A stretch of DNA of 64,000 bases from Geosiphon pyriformis uo1 (Eukaryota > Fungi > Glomeromycota), in NCBI GenBank assembly GCA_016748015.1, contig JAAOMT010000678.1:476389-540388 (forward strand), written 5' to 3'. Shown here one piece after another: positions 26,371 through 39,388 of this stretch (the stretch's first letter is position 1; every line of letters starts with the position of its first letter). The position numbers and the translations under genes are program-made. The notes below the pieces were generated by a model. The model had not been told where the DNA came from, searched no databases, and was given only the letters and a program-made list of their open reading frames with translations.

Positions 26371-26880
26371 TCAGTTGATTTCGTTGGTAATACAGAATTT
26401 TGTTGTAGGTGAGGAATTCGAAGCGATAACGAGTGTGGAAGCATTGGTAATGTTTATGAGATTATTCATCTCAAAATTTTTTACAGTTGAAAGGGATGAA
26501 TTCAGGTATGGTCGAAATTTTAATTTGATTCTGGGCTGCATATAACGGTAGTTGGGGAAGGTACTCTTATGAATGATTCGTACCTTTTCAGCAATCTCAT
26601 GGTAAAATATTTTTTGACTATCGCAAGCTGACTTCCACAAGAAACCGGCGGATTTATTTATTAGTCTCATACTTGAATATCCTTGATTCTTCGCCTCTTC
26701 ATGAACATTTGTCCTGAAAATAAAGAAGGAATTTTGTGGTCTTCCTGGTTCATCCTTAAATCTTTGGGAATTATTAGATTTTTTTATAAAAATTTCTGGG
26801 TCATTTATTTGAGGAGGAAAAATATTTGACAAATTTAATTTTTTCATTAGTTCGAGTACTTCAAAAGGAATTTGAGACAT
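26371..26880 (-). CDS. HMG-box transcription factor HMG3, 169 aa, intronless
   Basis: ATG at 26880. IFPP motif; PGRPQNSFFIFRTNVHEE...INKSAGFLWKSA...FYHEIAEKVRIIHKSTFPNYRY. Confidence 0.9.
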   Translation of the reverse strand: MSQIPFEVLELMKKLNLSNIFPPQINDPEIFIKKSNNSQRFKDEPGRPQNSFFIFRTNVHEEAKNQGYSSMRLINKSAGFLWKSACDSQKIFYHEIAEKVRIIHKSTFPNYRYMQPRIKLKFRPYLNSSLSTVKNFEMNNLINITNASTLVIASNSSPTTKFCITNEIN

Positions 26881-28178
26881 TTGTTTCAATTTTTTTTTGA
26901 TTCAAGAAAAGGTCTAATGAATGTAGGTGATTTTTCAATTTGTGAAAAAAGATCCCAACTTTTTATTTCTTTCTTTCTTTCTAGTCACAAATGGAAAATC
27001 TAAAAACCCTAAATTAAACTTCACCAGTTTCAAACTATTTGTAAAAAAAAATTTTAAACGCGCGTTCTCCGATAAAATTTGTGCCAAGAAGGACATCCAC
27101 ATCAGGAAATATCTTTAATTTACCAAAAAAATTTTGTGAATGTATAACATGCTGCTTTCAAATCAAGAATCTAGAAAAAACGAGGTTCACAAAATTGAGG
27201 GATGCACTTTTGATGATTATTATTATTATGATGATGATTATGATGATTATGAAATTGATTTTTAAAGTTCAAGGTGATGATCAGTGACTACCTTGTAAGA
27301 CACTTGGCCGTTAAATAAATAAACAATTACTACCCTCAAAAAATGATAATCTAAACCTATTTTTTTAAATAGAAATTAGTGACCATCTTGTCTTTATGAA
27401 TGACATAAAAGAAAAAAAGGTCCCACCAAAGGATTTCGGGGAACACCAATAAAACGAATTAAAAATGGGCACTATTCATATCCCCCACTAAGATTTCTAC
27501 TATTCAAAGAATATAATCCAAATCACTTTGATATGTTAACGGGGGAGGAGTAAACTTGTTTTTTTAATTCATGTTAGATAGTATTTAGAATAAATTCGAA
27601 AATAAAAAGATATAAGGTAAAAATTTTCCCCATATAGGAAAATTTGTATGGAGGTTGGGTGTGAGAGTATTAAAAATTTTTTTTAAAAGTTAATGGAGAT
27701 AAAAAGAGGTATATTATACCGAACTAGTGGCCAGATCTCTTCCACGGGATTAATTTGTTCATGATCAGAGATTTTCTTACCTTGATTTGTATTAAATGAT
27801 CGCAAAAATGCGTAACTTAAATTTTTCATACTTTAATGATGGTCACACGGCGTGTGTTGCGGAACCCACATTTTTTAAAAGTAGTAAAACATGTTACAAA
27901 TAATAAAATTTTACAGCGTGGAATAATGGAATCTTAATTTATAAGTTTAGAGAAAAATTTCCTCAAATATTTTATATATATATAAATATCTCACCCGACA
28001 ATCGTAGGCGGCATATCCTTCGGAGCCTTTTATAATTTCGACAAATGTTTTTGTGATTCCCACTTCACCTTTTGCTTGCATTACTTTTTTTTTTTTTTCT
28101 TTGTTATTAAAACATTTAGTTCTAGTTTGCTATAAAAATCGATTTTTAAAAGTTCTGATTAATTAACCAGACGGAAAA

Positions 28179-28180
<2 letters not shown>

Positions 28181-28260
<80 letters not shown>

Positions 28261-28315
28261 NNNNNNNNNNNNNNNNNNNNATTAAATAATTTGGGTTTTC
28301 AAATTATTTGATATT

Positions 28316-28362
<47 letters not shown>
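28181..28362. other. Assembly gap (20 N at 28261-28280) flanked by long poly-T runs
   Basis: Seen directly. Poly-T lengths and the true HMG3-HMG4 distance are unreliable. Confidence 0.95.
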
Positions 28363-28363
<1 letters not shown>

Positions 28364-29674
28364 TAAAAATCATTCCCGTGAAAACAACTACCAAGTGAAT
28401 CTCTGTCAGTCTGAACTAAACCTATGCATATACTTTTAATTGCCAAGTAACCTTGAATTAACAATTATTATAAGGTTTTTTAATTATTTTTAGGTTAATT
28501 ATCTTTTTCGGAATTAAATTAAAAAATAATTTTATAAAATTTATAAATTCTAAAGCCAACAAATAAAAATAATATTTTTATTATTTTTATTATTTTTATT
28601 ATTTTTATTATTTTTATTATTTTTTTCGAAATTTAAGAGATTAATTTTTACGGTTAACTTAAATTTATTAATACTTTTTCACAATGAACTCTACATTTTT
28701 TATTTTATTTTATTTTATTTTATTTTTAAAAAAAAATTTTACTCAGAAAATAAATAAATATTGATTTGAATGATTATCCGGGAATTTAAAGAAGGGACAA
28801 AGAATGAAACTAATAAATAATAGATGTGATTGACACAATGAGAATAAATATTTTTTTTAAAACACAATACGTTTCATTATAATCAAATATAAAAAAAAAA
28901 TGATTAGATTAAATTATTCAATTGGATATATATATATATATATATAAATGTGTTTGAAGTTATTCAAAAAATATTCTAATCGGCAAATAAAAATTACTAT
29001 TTAAGTTAAATAAATATTAAGGTACTGAAAAGATAAAAGAAAAAATACAATTTATTGGCTCTGAAACAAAACAATGTAAAAATTTTGTTTCAAAATGAAT
29101 TTAGAGAATTTTTAAAAGAATAAAATTTTTAATTACTAAACTAAAACTTTAATCCTTTAAAGAGCGATTATTTTTGTTTCTCAAAATTATAGATTTCTTA
29201 GCTTTACTAATTAGAATTATTTTCTCTTTCACAAATTAACGAAAAATTTTTTTTCGTTTTTTTTCTAATTCATAAATGTTAATTAGAAAAAGGAAAATTT
29301 TGTAAAAATTAACTAGTCTCAACAAATAAAATGGTTTTCAAGAGAAAATTAAAGATAAATCTAATCTTTCAAAAGTCTAAATTGAACGAGAAATAGGCCA
29401 TTATTCAGAAATTAATGTGAGAAAAGTCCAAAATGAAAATATTTAATGTGAGAAAGGATTAAATGAGACTAGCAAAGATTCTATTTTTCAAAAATATTTT
29501 TACTGAATGCTTTGTAGAATACAGATTCTAATTCTTTTAAAAGTTTTGATCTTTGAACATGCTATCTTCTCTTTCGCTCAAGTAAAATGTATTTTGTTCG
29601 TTTAAATCGGTTAAACTGTCAATTGGAAGTATTTGAGATTGATTTGAAGCTTGTCCAAGAACTTTTGTTCTCAT

Positions 29675-30040
29675 TTAATAAGGTTGATATTCATGGAGAT
29701 GACTTTCTAAAGAACTCTCTACCACAGATCTGTAAGGAAACAGTTGTTTCACTTGCTCTGCAAGGGTGAAATACATTTCTCTTTCCTCATCACTGGCATT
29801 ATTCCAGATAATTCCAGCTGCTTTACTTAAAATTCTCATGTTTGAAAAACCATAATTTTTTGCTTCTTCGCATAAATTGTATCTAAAAATGATGAATGCG
29901 TTTGGAGGTTTCTTGGGTTGACGGTTACTTCTCTGTTGTCTACGAGATCTTAGGAAGAGCAAAGGGTCATTGAATTTTGGAGGAAAAATTCCTTGAAAAT
30001 TTATTGATATAATATTCAAGATATAATTCAATTGATCCAT
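29675..30040 (-). CDS. HMG-box protein HMG4, 121 aa; probably truncated by a premature stop (frame stays open to 29537)
   Basis: IFPPKFNDP; PKKPPNAFIIFRYNLCEEAKNYGFSNMRILSKAAGIIWNNASDEEREMYFTLAEQVK. Close tandem paralog of HMG3. Confidence 0.88.
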   Translation of the reverse strand: MDQLNYILNIISINFQGIFPPKFNDPLLFLRSRRQQRSNRQPKKPPNAFIIFRYNLCEEAKNYGFSNMRILSKAAGIIWNNASDEEREMYFTLAEQVKQLFPYRSVVESSLESHLHEYQPY

Positions 30041-30729
30041 CTGACTTTCCTTTTTTCCAATTTTCCAATTTTTTTTTTTTTGGTAACAACAAAGCTGTAT
30101 TTATATTATTTTTTTTGGTAGTTATAATTTTATGAAAAAATTTTAATTCCTTATTAAATTCAAAATTTCATAGAGATTTTTTAAATGGAACTATGAATTT
30201 AAAAAACCGTCATATCAATGTAAACATTAGTCATTGTGCACATCTTTTTCAAAGACTAACAAACATAAACACTGTAAAGATTTGAAACGAAACTGAGTTC
30301 TATATACTTTTCCCGAAATAATACTTTTGATAAGAGACATATTTGTTAAAAACAGTATCACAAGCAATTTTATAAATTGAAAACTTTTTTAAAATCTTTG
30401 TCCATTTTATAAATTAACGCCACATGATGATACCTGCATTTCATCTTTTTCGGATCTTCCTATAATGGTAAATTAAATGTTGATCTTTAAGGAAATATAT
30501 GAAAAAACTTTGTTATACCTTATCATAGAAAGTTCTTCATCCCGATATATGAATATCAGGTATTTTTAATGAACCTATTAATAAATTGGTTTGAATTTTT
30601 AATATAAAAACCGTTTCCTTTAGCCAGGATCGATCGCGATCCAAGAATATATATTGAATTAAATTTAATTTTAAAATATTGTCCAGTTTTTTATTTTTTT
30701 ATTTTTTTCTTATTAATACTTTAACAAAG

Positions 30730-30830
30730 TAAGATCCTTCCACTACCTACGTACGCAAAACACAGATTTTCTACAATAGGCCTGGATTATACGCTTTCTG
30801 TACGTGATCAGCTACCCGGACTTACATCAA
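30730..30830 (-). repeat. Diverged copy B of a structured ~110-nt dispersed repeat
   Basis: Minus-strand core GGGTAGCTGATCACGTACAGAAAGCG (30817-30792) matches 34142-34167 at 19/26, all mismatches being transitions. Downstream AATC and TAGRTAGT are shared. Confidence 0.45.
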
Positions 30831-32302
30831 GACACCACTAAGCATTATACAATAACCTCTCAGACCCATACAAAACGCGTGGAACGCGATTCCACACTAC
30901 TGAAATATTAGAAAAAAATTTAGGAACTGAAAAAAAACCCAAGATAGCTCAGGTACCAAAAAATTTAACCAGTTTTTATTTATGTAAAAAGATTTCCAAA
31001 ATATTTATATAGGTATTTATGTCTAAAATCTATTTTGAAAAATTAAGAATTTAAGCAATTTTAATTATTTTTTAAATTAATATAAAATTATTTTCTTAAA
31101 ATTCATCTATCATCTTAATCTTTAAACTATTTTAAACTATTTTAAACTATTATTAGAAGAGAACTTGATAATATTTTAAGGTATTACAATTTCCATTTTT
31201 AAAACAATCAAAAATTACACAAAAAATACTATCTAGGAAACAATCAAAATAATTTTGGATGTTTAAAGTTAGATAAGATGATAAAAACTCGAATCTTTTA
31301 TTCGGATTCAAATCTAAAAATAAAAACATCTCAAAGTAAATTGTAACAGATTTATAATATTCAAATATTTGTTTTTTTAAATGGCCCAATCTATTGATTG
31401 TACCCATTTACACATTAAAAAAAAAAAAAAAGGTAACGATTGTTACTCGTAATTTTTATAATGCTGATCCTGATTATTGTTAACAAAGAAAAATTCTGAA
31501 ATAATCCGTTTTTAGAGACCCCACAAAATATCTTCATTTTAACTTTTCCTAATTTGGGTTCTTTTAAATTTAATTAAGATTTTTTGGTACGATATCAAAA
31601 ATACTTTTTAAAGATAAAAAAACAATACTACGATAATACTTGAACTGCGACTTGGGATTATCTTTTATAAGAAAAACTTGAAAGAGTAAATCATCAAAAT
31701 CTTTGATTTATTAAATAGTTCCAGCCTTTAATTTTAACTTTGAAACAACCATATTTATTATTATGACTTTAATCTTATCTCTGTTCTGGAAAAAACTAAA
31801 TCGATCGTACGACTACTTCTTTAAAACTCATATTTACCTTAGTGAATAAATGTATCTTTTAGAAATGCTGGTACTTGCAAAAATATTCCTGAAAGATAGT
31901 GGTTTTACAGCAACCCATGAAAAATTATATTTTTTCTTAACAAAATTCTAAAAATATTCTTGTATTTCTATTAATTAATTACCCAAAGCAGAATTTTTTT
32001 CTTCTTTAAAATTAAATTAAAATGTAAAATGAAGCCAGACTTGATTAACTAATAATCCAAATATGAGTTTTGTAACTAGTGATTATAAAATTGGAAGAAT
32101 TTGTTATTAAATTAGAAAAAAATAAATCCCAATTTGAAAAATTATTTTAAAAATGAAACCAATATATATTAAAGTTTATATATTATTTTAATATAAATAA
32201 TTGTTTAGTTTGTTAATAATTAGTTACATGTAATTGTATATAATTATTAGTCAATTGATATCCATTAAAAATACATTGTTTACAATTTTATTATTATTAT
32301 TG

Positions 32303-32342
<40 letters not shown>

Positions 32343-33895
32343 ATGTCATAATAGAAAGTTTGGGAAAATAAAGATAAAAATAAATAAATATCTTATGTTA
32401 TTAATTATTATATAAAACTTGACTTGATTTTTCTTAATATTTATATATATATATATATAAGATAATTCAAGAAATTAGTAATATTTTGAATGACCCATTT
32501 AAAATCAAATCAAAAACATTTAAATCATTTTAAAAACAAAATATTTATGTCCCAAATCAATTTCAAAATATAATTTATTCTTGACGAAAATCTGTTGTTT
32601 ATTGAAATCTAATTCTAAAACAGTGTTATATAAATGATTTAAAGATATATAACCATCAATTTTTACTTGGTTTATGAAATAAATTTTTACTGAAAATTTT
32701 AATATTTATTCTTTAGGCTCAAAAAAAGGTATTTTGAATTTCATCATAGATAATGTGATATGAATATAATTATTTGAATAAAAAAATTTAAATTTTGATT
32801 AGTTCAATAAAAAATGAATTAATAAAGAATATTATGAATTAATATAAATTTTAATAGCTTTTAAATATTTTTCATCCCCATTTTAAATAAAAACTTAAAG
32901 TAAATTATCCATTTATTTTATAAAAACCCGAAAATTAATATTTACCAATGTATGTACTTTATTATTTTGTTTGAAGATTACAAAACTTTTTGTGCAAAAT
33001 TTTTGTTAACTAATCTTAAATTTTAATATCTTACTTATATGACTAGTAAAAAAGGCTGTCTCTTGAAACATTATAATATTTTTCTTTTAAATTCATTTTA
33101 TAAATGTTTAATAAGAATTAAAATCAATAAATCAGACAAAACTAATCAACAAATATTATTTTTTTTTAAAAGCCAAAACTTTTATCTTTTTTTTTCATAT
33201 AAACAAATACATTATTATTTTGAAACAAATAAATTTTGGTCATTAAAAGTTATTTTAATTCACGGTAATAGATAATTTTCCAAAATTTTAATATATAATT
33301 TTAATGATTTATTCTTTTTTCCTGTTATTGTTAAAGAATCAAAATCTTTTCTTGAAAAGCATTTTTATATTATTGTTTTATATTAAACTTTTTTATTTTC
33401 TGATTGACCATCTCTTACACATTTAGCATTTAGGATCAATCATATTGATTTTGCTGTTGAATGCAATAGCAAAAGAGAAAAAAATCTAATTTTTCTTATT
33501 GAATGCAATAGCATAAGAAAATCTGTAAATTACATTGAATTATGATTTTCAAGAGGAATATTTACAAAATTTTAACATAGAGCGTTGAAGTCTTATTTGT
33601 TTTGGGATTCAATTTTTTTGTATGTGACGTAATTAGAGCTAAACTTTTTCCGTTTTAATATAAAAATATGACGTCAGGTTTTATTACATTATAAAGTTTC
33701 ACACACAGAAAAGGGAATGGTCGTCCAACATCAGTCGAGAACCAATCCTTCCACACTCAAAAGGATTTCCCAAAAAAGGAGTAATTTTTTGCTTTTTAAA
33801 TAAAAAGGATTGGTTATTATGTTTAGTATTGTCGTTGTGGAATTATAATGAATTTATAACTACAATTTTTTTTTCAAACCCCCAAAGAGTGTTGT

Positions 33896-34123
33896 ATGGA
33901 AGATGTTGATATGTCTGGTGATTCAGAGTGTTCAATTAGCCTGAATGATGTAAGATTTTCTAACTTGATGTCTCTTTGGGAACATGAATCTGTTGGTATT
34001 AAAACTGATCCTTTAAAGACGGCCGAATAGCTGGTTGAATTGGTTTCTTGTAGTATTACTTTGTTTGATGTTATTCCAAAGATGTCATCTCTGGATAAGT
34101 TTTCTTTTAGTGCATCAATGTAA
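33896..34123 (+). pseudogene. Disrupted ORF fragment, probably the C-terminus of a non-LTR retroelement ORF1
   Basis: MEDVDMSG...FSNLMSLWEHESVGIKTDPLKTAE*LVELVSCSITLFDVIPKMSSLDKFSFSASM*: 75 codons with one in-frame TAG at 34028 (likely TGG). The family assignment is from recalled similarity to Archaeosporales repeat proteins only. Confidence 0.4.
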
Positions 34124-34233
34124 TATAGCCTGAACTGGCTCGAGTAACTGGTTACATGTAGAAAGCGCGTGAATCACATTTAGCCCTGGGACACTTAGTT
34201 TGTTCCTAATTTCTAGATAGTAATTGGGCCATA
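34124..34233 (+). repeat. Copy A of the structured ~110-nt dispersed repeat
   Basis: Ends TATAGCCTGA and TTGGGCCATA can pair; internal hairpin TACATGT-AGAAA-GCGCGTG. Begins immediately after the stop codon at 34123. Confidence 0.45.
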
Positions 34234-34321
34234 CTCGTGTTTAAAATAGTTATACATTCTTTAATTCTTTTTAGCATCCACGCTAGACATTTTACTTAAA
34301 TGGTAGATTTTCCATTTTCAT

Positions 34322-34430
34322 AATGTCCCACATTCTAATGAAAAATTACTCTAACCCATTCCCATCCACAATGCCGAACATTCTAATGAAAAATTACTCT
34401 AACCCGTTCCATTCACAATGTCAAACATTC
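34322..34430. repeat. ~48-bp tandem repeat, ~2.3 copies
   Basis: ACATTCTAATGAAAAATTACTCTAACCC at 34330 and 34378; partial ACATTC at 34425. Confidence 0.9.
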
Positions 34431-35093
34431 CTAAAAATTGTAACCAATACATTTGATAGGATAGTGTACCAATGAATTCCCTTCCTTTTCAAAAAAAAAT
34501 CTAAATGTTATCGAATTCATTTTCAGATTAATAAAAAGTTTTTTAAATCCAAATTTTGAATCCAAACTTTTGATTTCATACACGTTTATACTTTATAAAA
34601 TTTAAGGGACCGAAAAACAGTAGAATCGTATTCTTACACTTACTTTTATTATTTTAGTCATGTTTAAAAGATATTAAGTTCATTTAATTTTGATTTTGAG
34701 CTTTGAATTTGAGCTTTAACTTTAAAAGTGTTTTACTGCATGTTTTTTAAAAATATATTTAACAAAATATTTGATTACTGAATGCAAAAAAAACCTAGTC
34801 ATTATAAGTTTATGAATAATTTTTATAATCAAATTGTATGAAATCCATTTTCTGGATTTAACAAAGGTTTTACTTGGGAGGAATTTTCTTGTTTTTCATC
34901 AGAGCCATGTTAACAGCTTTTCAATAAATTTAAGATTCAAAAACAGTTATTTAATACTATTTTTTCAAATTTTCAAAATAAGATACCATAATATATTCAT
35001 TTGATGTTCATAATTATTTCTCGAATTTATTTTTTTAATTTCAATTCCAAATGAACAAATTTAAAGTTTATTAGATATATATTCTATTGAATG

Positions 35094-35094
<1 letters not shown>

Positions 35095-35153
<59 letters not shown>

Positions 35154-35173
35154 TAAATAATAAATAATAATAA
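35095..35173. repeat. (TAA)n microsatellite
   Basis: Seen directly; explains the poly-Tyr ORF 35071..35283. Confidence 0.95.
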
Positions 35174-37566
35174 TTTATAAGATGAACTGTCAACATCAAA
35201 GAATTAACTATGATAATTTTAAATTTTGAATTGGAAAAAAAATATGATAAATTCTTCTCATTAAAAAAATATCTTTTTTGCAATTATAATCAAAAGAAAA
35301 ATGACTTTTAAATGAATATCTTAAATAAGTAGGTTTGAATGCTAAAAGATTTATTCACTATTTTTCAAAAGTTTAATATTTTACCAATTTAATTCTCAAC
35401 CATTTTTTGAAAAAAAAGTTCAAAGGGAATATAATTTTCTTTAGCTAATTTTTTTTTTAATTTGTATATGATTAAGAAAAATAAACCTATCCCGAACTTT
35501 TCCTTTGCTTGTTTATTGTTCACGTAAAGGAATAAAATATTAAGCAAAATTTTTATCATGTTACGATATTTGGTAAACTTCATTTTAATTACTTTTGTAT
35601 AAATTAAGTTGAACATGTGCCAAATATTTATAAAAAAATTATTTGAACAAATAAATGACCTACAACTCTTCATTATTAAACAAACCTCCTTGAATTTCAT
35701 TTTTAAATGAATTCATAGTATCATAATATTAAACTCAAAACGAGGCTTTTCATTTATTCAAATATCTATTGAAATAAACGCGTGTTGAAATTGTGTTACC
35801 TTTTAAAGATTCCGATTTTTTCCGGTTTTATTTGTTTTTTAAGGGCAATTTGCTAATTATGCTCTGAAACCGATAGGTAAACAACCCTGATGAATTGATA
35901 ATATCTGAAGAAAAAATTTTTTAACTATTTTGCTTAAATAAAATTCAAGTGTTATTCGGGAAGCTTTGGGATTATTCATGTCATTCATGTGATAAGGAGA
36001 AGAGCGCATGTTACAGGCTATCAGAATTGTCAAAAGTGTCTTGTGTATATTTGAAAAAGGATCAGATCAAGTTTGTGGCTATTGTAAATAAAGTTGATAG
36101 TCTTTATCAGATTTATTAAAAAGCTCGACACAAATGTTATAATTAATTATTAAGATCAAAAAGAATTACCAATAACCTTAGATCATGATAACTCTTTGCC
36201 GATATACAAAATTTTTATTTATTCTAATTTTTCTCACACACTCACGTTTTTTTTTTTTAAAAAAAAGTCTTGAAAGATTTTGAGCAAAATAAAGGTAGAT
36301 TTTCAAGGTAAATTTGTTTCAAAAGGTGAAAATAAATGAATTTTACGAATATTAAAAAAAATTTTATCAAAATTTTCATAACGAAAAAATGCTGGCGACT
36401 CTTTTTAATATTGGCTTGCATAGGGTTCAATGAAATTTGATATCATGTAATTACTAACTTCATGAAGAAAGTCCTTGATATTAGATAAGGTTTTGTAATT
36501 AAATTAAATTCATATATATTTGTCAATCCTTGTTTATGTACATGAATCATAATATGTTTCGCGCCCAGTTTCGATGAAACGGTGAGAGAACGATCTAATT
36601 TTTTTCAAATTGTAACGATTTTAAAAAAAAATTACTTCTTTTCAGAGTCTATCAATTAGTGCTATCGCGATTTCATTCCCAATAAAAATATCCCATTTTT
36701 GAAAAATGTAAAGTGACTGGGCAACCTTTTCTCGTTATAAAAAAAAATTTTTATTATTTTGAAGATCAGTATAATGACAAACATTTCTCCCAAATCTATC
36801 GATTAGGCAAAGAATAAGTTTTAATCCCAGGAGTTGTTCGATGAGAGTTGCGTACTACTAAAACTGTTGACCAGACCACACAGATCATTTTACCCTTTCA
36901 TAAATCTGATAATTCATGTCAACCGCAAAAAGCTTCCTATTTGTTTTAGAATTAATAAATCTGATAAGTTTGTTTTAATAATGGGACAAAAATACCTGTT
37001 TTGCAAAAAAAACCCTGAGCTTAACTCGAGAAAGTATAGTGTATTTATTTATCAGATTTTTTGTGTTACTAACGGATTCTACCGGATGTTAGATAGAGAG
37101 TTACAATGCTGACCGAAGAAAATCTCACCACTCATGGATTCCCGTTCTTTCCCGATGGCCACGATCCCAAATAGAATCAAAATCTGATAACTTTTTTTGA
37201 AGATCATAACAAAAATTTTTTTACATAAAACAAATGCGAAAAATGTGAAAATATCTGTGTCCTTGGCCTTCCATTTCTCCTTGGTCCCTCATTTATTATT
37301 ATTATATTATAATTATAATTATCATGTCACCATTACAAATTTTATATGATTTAGACAAAGATTAGACGATAGATTTATGAAATATATTCTCCTTTTAGGT
37401 TCCACGTTTTTTCTTCAAAAGAAGTTTTGCAACCGCATTTCCTTAAGATTTTACAAAATACTTTTTCTTTATTTTATATTATCGCCTTGTTTATTCTATT
37501 TTGAAAAACCTTTTTGATTTTACTTTTAAACGACAAATTTTTGCTGGCTCATTGTCTTTTTTTAAT

Positions 37567-37745
37567 CATTTTCGCGGTTTTTCATACGTATAACCCATAT
37601 TATTCGTCAAGGTAATGAACACTTAAATATTTATTAATTTCCACAAGTCTCTTTCTGAAACTGTCCCACTTTTTGATACTTTTAAGAGGGTTTAAAGAAG
37701 AAAGACGCATTTCAATTTCAAATGCATTTCTAAATATAAACTCCG
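37567..37745 (-). pseudogene. Possible highly eroded HMG-box remnant
   Basis: Minus strand gives EFIFRNAFEIEMR (helix-1-like), a Trp motif (KKWDS or LWKL) and GYTYEKPRK (like the HMG C-terminal PxYxYxPRK) in the expected order, but across frames and with compressed spacing. Confidence 0.3.
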
Positions 37746-38468
37746 TCTTTGCTCAATTATAAACTCTTTTCAATTTTCTTTGAGAAATTATTGTATATTA
37801 ACACGAGTATTTTAACAAACTTTTATTAGAGCAATTTTTAATGGGTAAAAGCAAGCCGATTGAAGAGACAGGGTTAATTTTTCACCGTAACCTAATGTGA
37901 ACTTAAAACTCATTGCAAGGGTAAGTAAAATGTTCAACATGTTTGTTTCCTTAAGAATTTCAAGACTTCAATTTGTAATTTCTTAACTTTTCAGAGAAAT
38001 ATTTAGATTCATATAATGTACACTATTATGCCATTACCCTCTCAGTATTCTCTGCTATGATCAACACATTTGGTTTGTTTGACCGAAACAATTGATGAAT
38101 TTGAAGAAAAAACTGGACCCTATGACAATATTCACATCTGGGAAATTTCACTGTGCCGATCTTGTTTAATGGTGGAAGAAAACATTCTAAATTATTTAGT
38201 TCGTTACCATCTTTCCTTATCTGAGGTGATGGTGATGGATTTAATTTTTTTACTCTATATTTATATTCATCTTGGTGGTGGTAAAAAACACGTACAATCT
38301 TTCTTTGCAAGAATAGAAGGTACATAAACAACTCTAACGATGGCATTAAAGTGACGACAAAAGCCGTAGATGGTTTAATTTTATTTGATTACAATGTTGA
38401 TACGAGGCAAAAAATTACACAAAAAAGCAGAAGGACTATAATTAAATATCTATGAATTATCTTATCCA

Positions 38469-38591
<123 letters not shown>

Positions 38592-39318
38592 TTATATATA
38601 TGTATGCAAATATTAACTATTTTAAAACATCATCTCTTTTATTCCTCCATATGCAATTAAAATCACAAAAACATAAAATAGTTAAGAAAAGCCAAAAATA
38701 TTTTCATAATTTAAATTATTATTATTTTTTCTCAATAATAAATTATTAAATTAAAGTTTTAAATCTTATCTTGCGACTAAATGTGTCAAAAATGAATGAA
38801 ATTCCATTCAAACCAAATATAAATCTTTTTATGTAAAGTTTTTTCTACATGATAAATAAAAAACGAAATTTTTTTTTTGTAAAAATGTATTCAATTGGTT
38901 TTTTCAATTTCTAAATTGAAATTGTTTACAGCTTTGAAACTTATCTATTCATCATTCTTTAAAATGTTTTAAAAGATTTATGGTAAAACTTGAAAGCGTT
39001 TACGAAAAATATTTTACTGGTTCATATTTTCCATCCATTTGATAGGTGAGATGCATGATGCTTATCACATTGTAAACATTTAACGAAATATTTAGCAATT
39101 GAACTTCTTTAAACCTTTGAATAGTTCTTTGCAATAATTATCTTAATCATTGGGTATCTTCTTTCTCTAATAATCTATTTTGCTTTGTTCTCATTAGAAC
39201 AATCGATAATTCAATCAAATAGCTCCGAAAAAAACTTATAAATATTCCACTGAATGTTTTCACATTTAAAATTTGGGAACATTTCCTACAGCTGTAAAGA
39301 AAGCTAAATTTTTAAGAT

Positions 39319-39352
39319 ATGACAAAAAAATTGAAACATAATAAAACGTTCG

Positions 39353-39388
<36 letters not shown>

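Noticed and set aside
28181-28362. Long poly-T as a retroposon tail
   Set aside because: Directly flanks an N gap, so probably an assembly or sequencing artefact.
34322-34430. CRISPR-like repeat
   Set aside because: Only ~2.3 contiguous units with similar intervening sequence, in a eukaryotic context with no cas genes; a simple tandem duplication.
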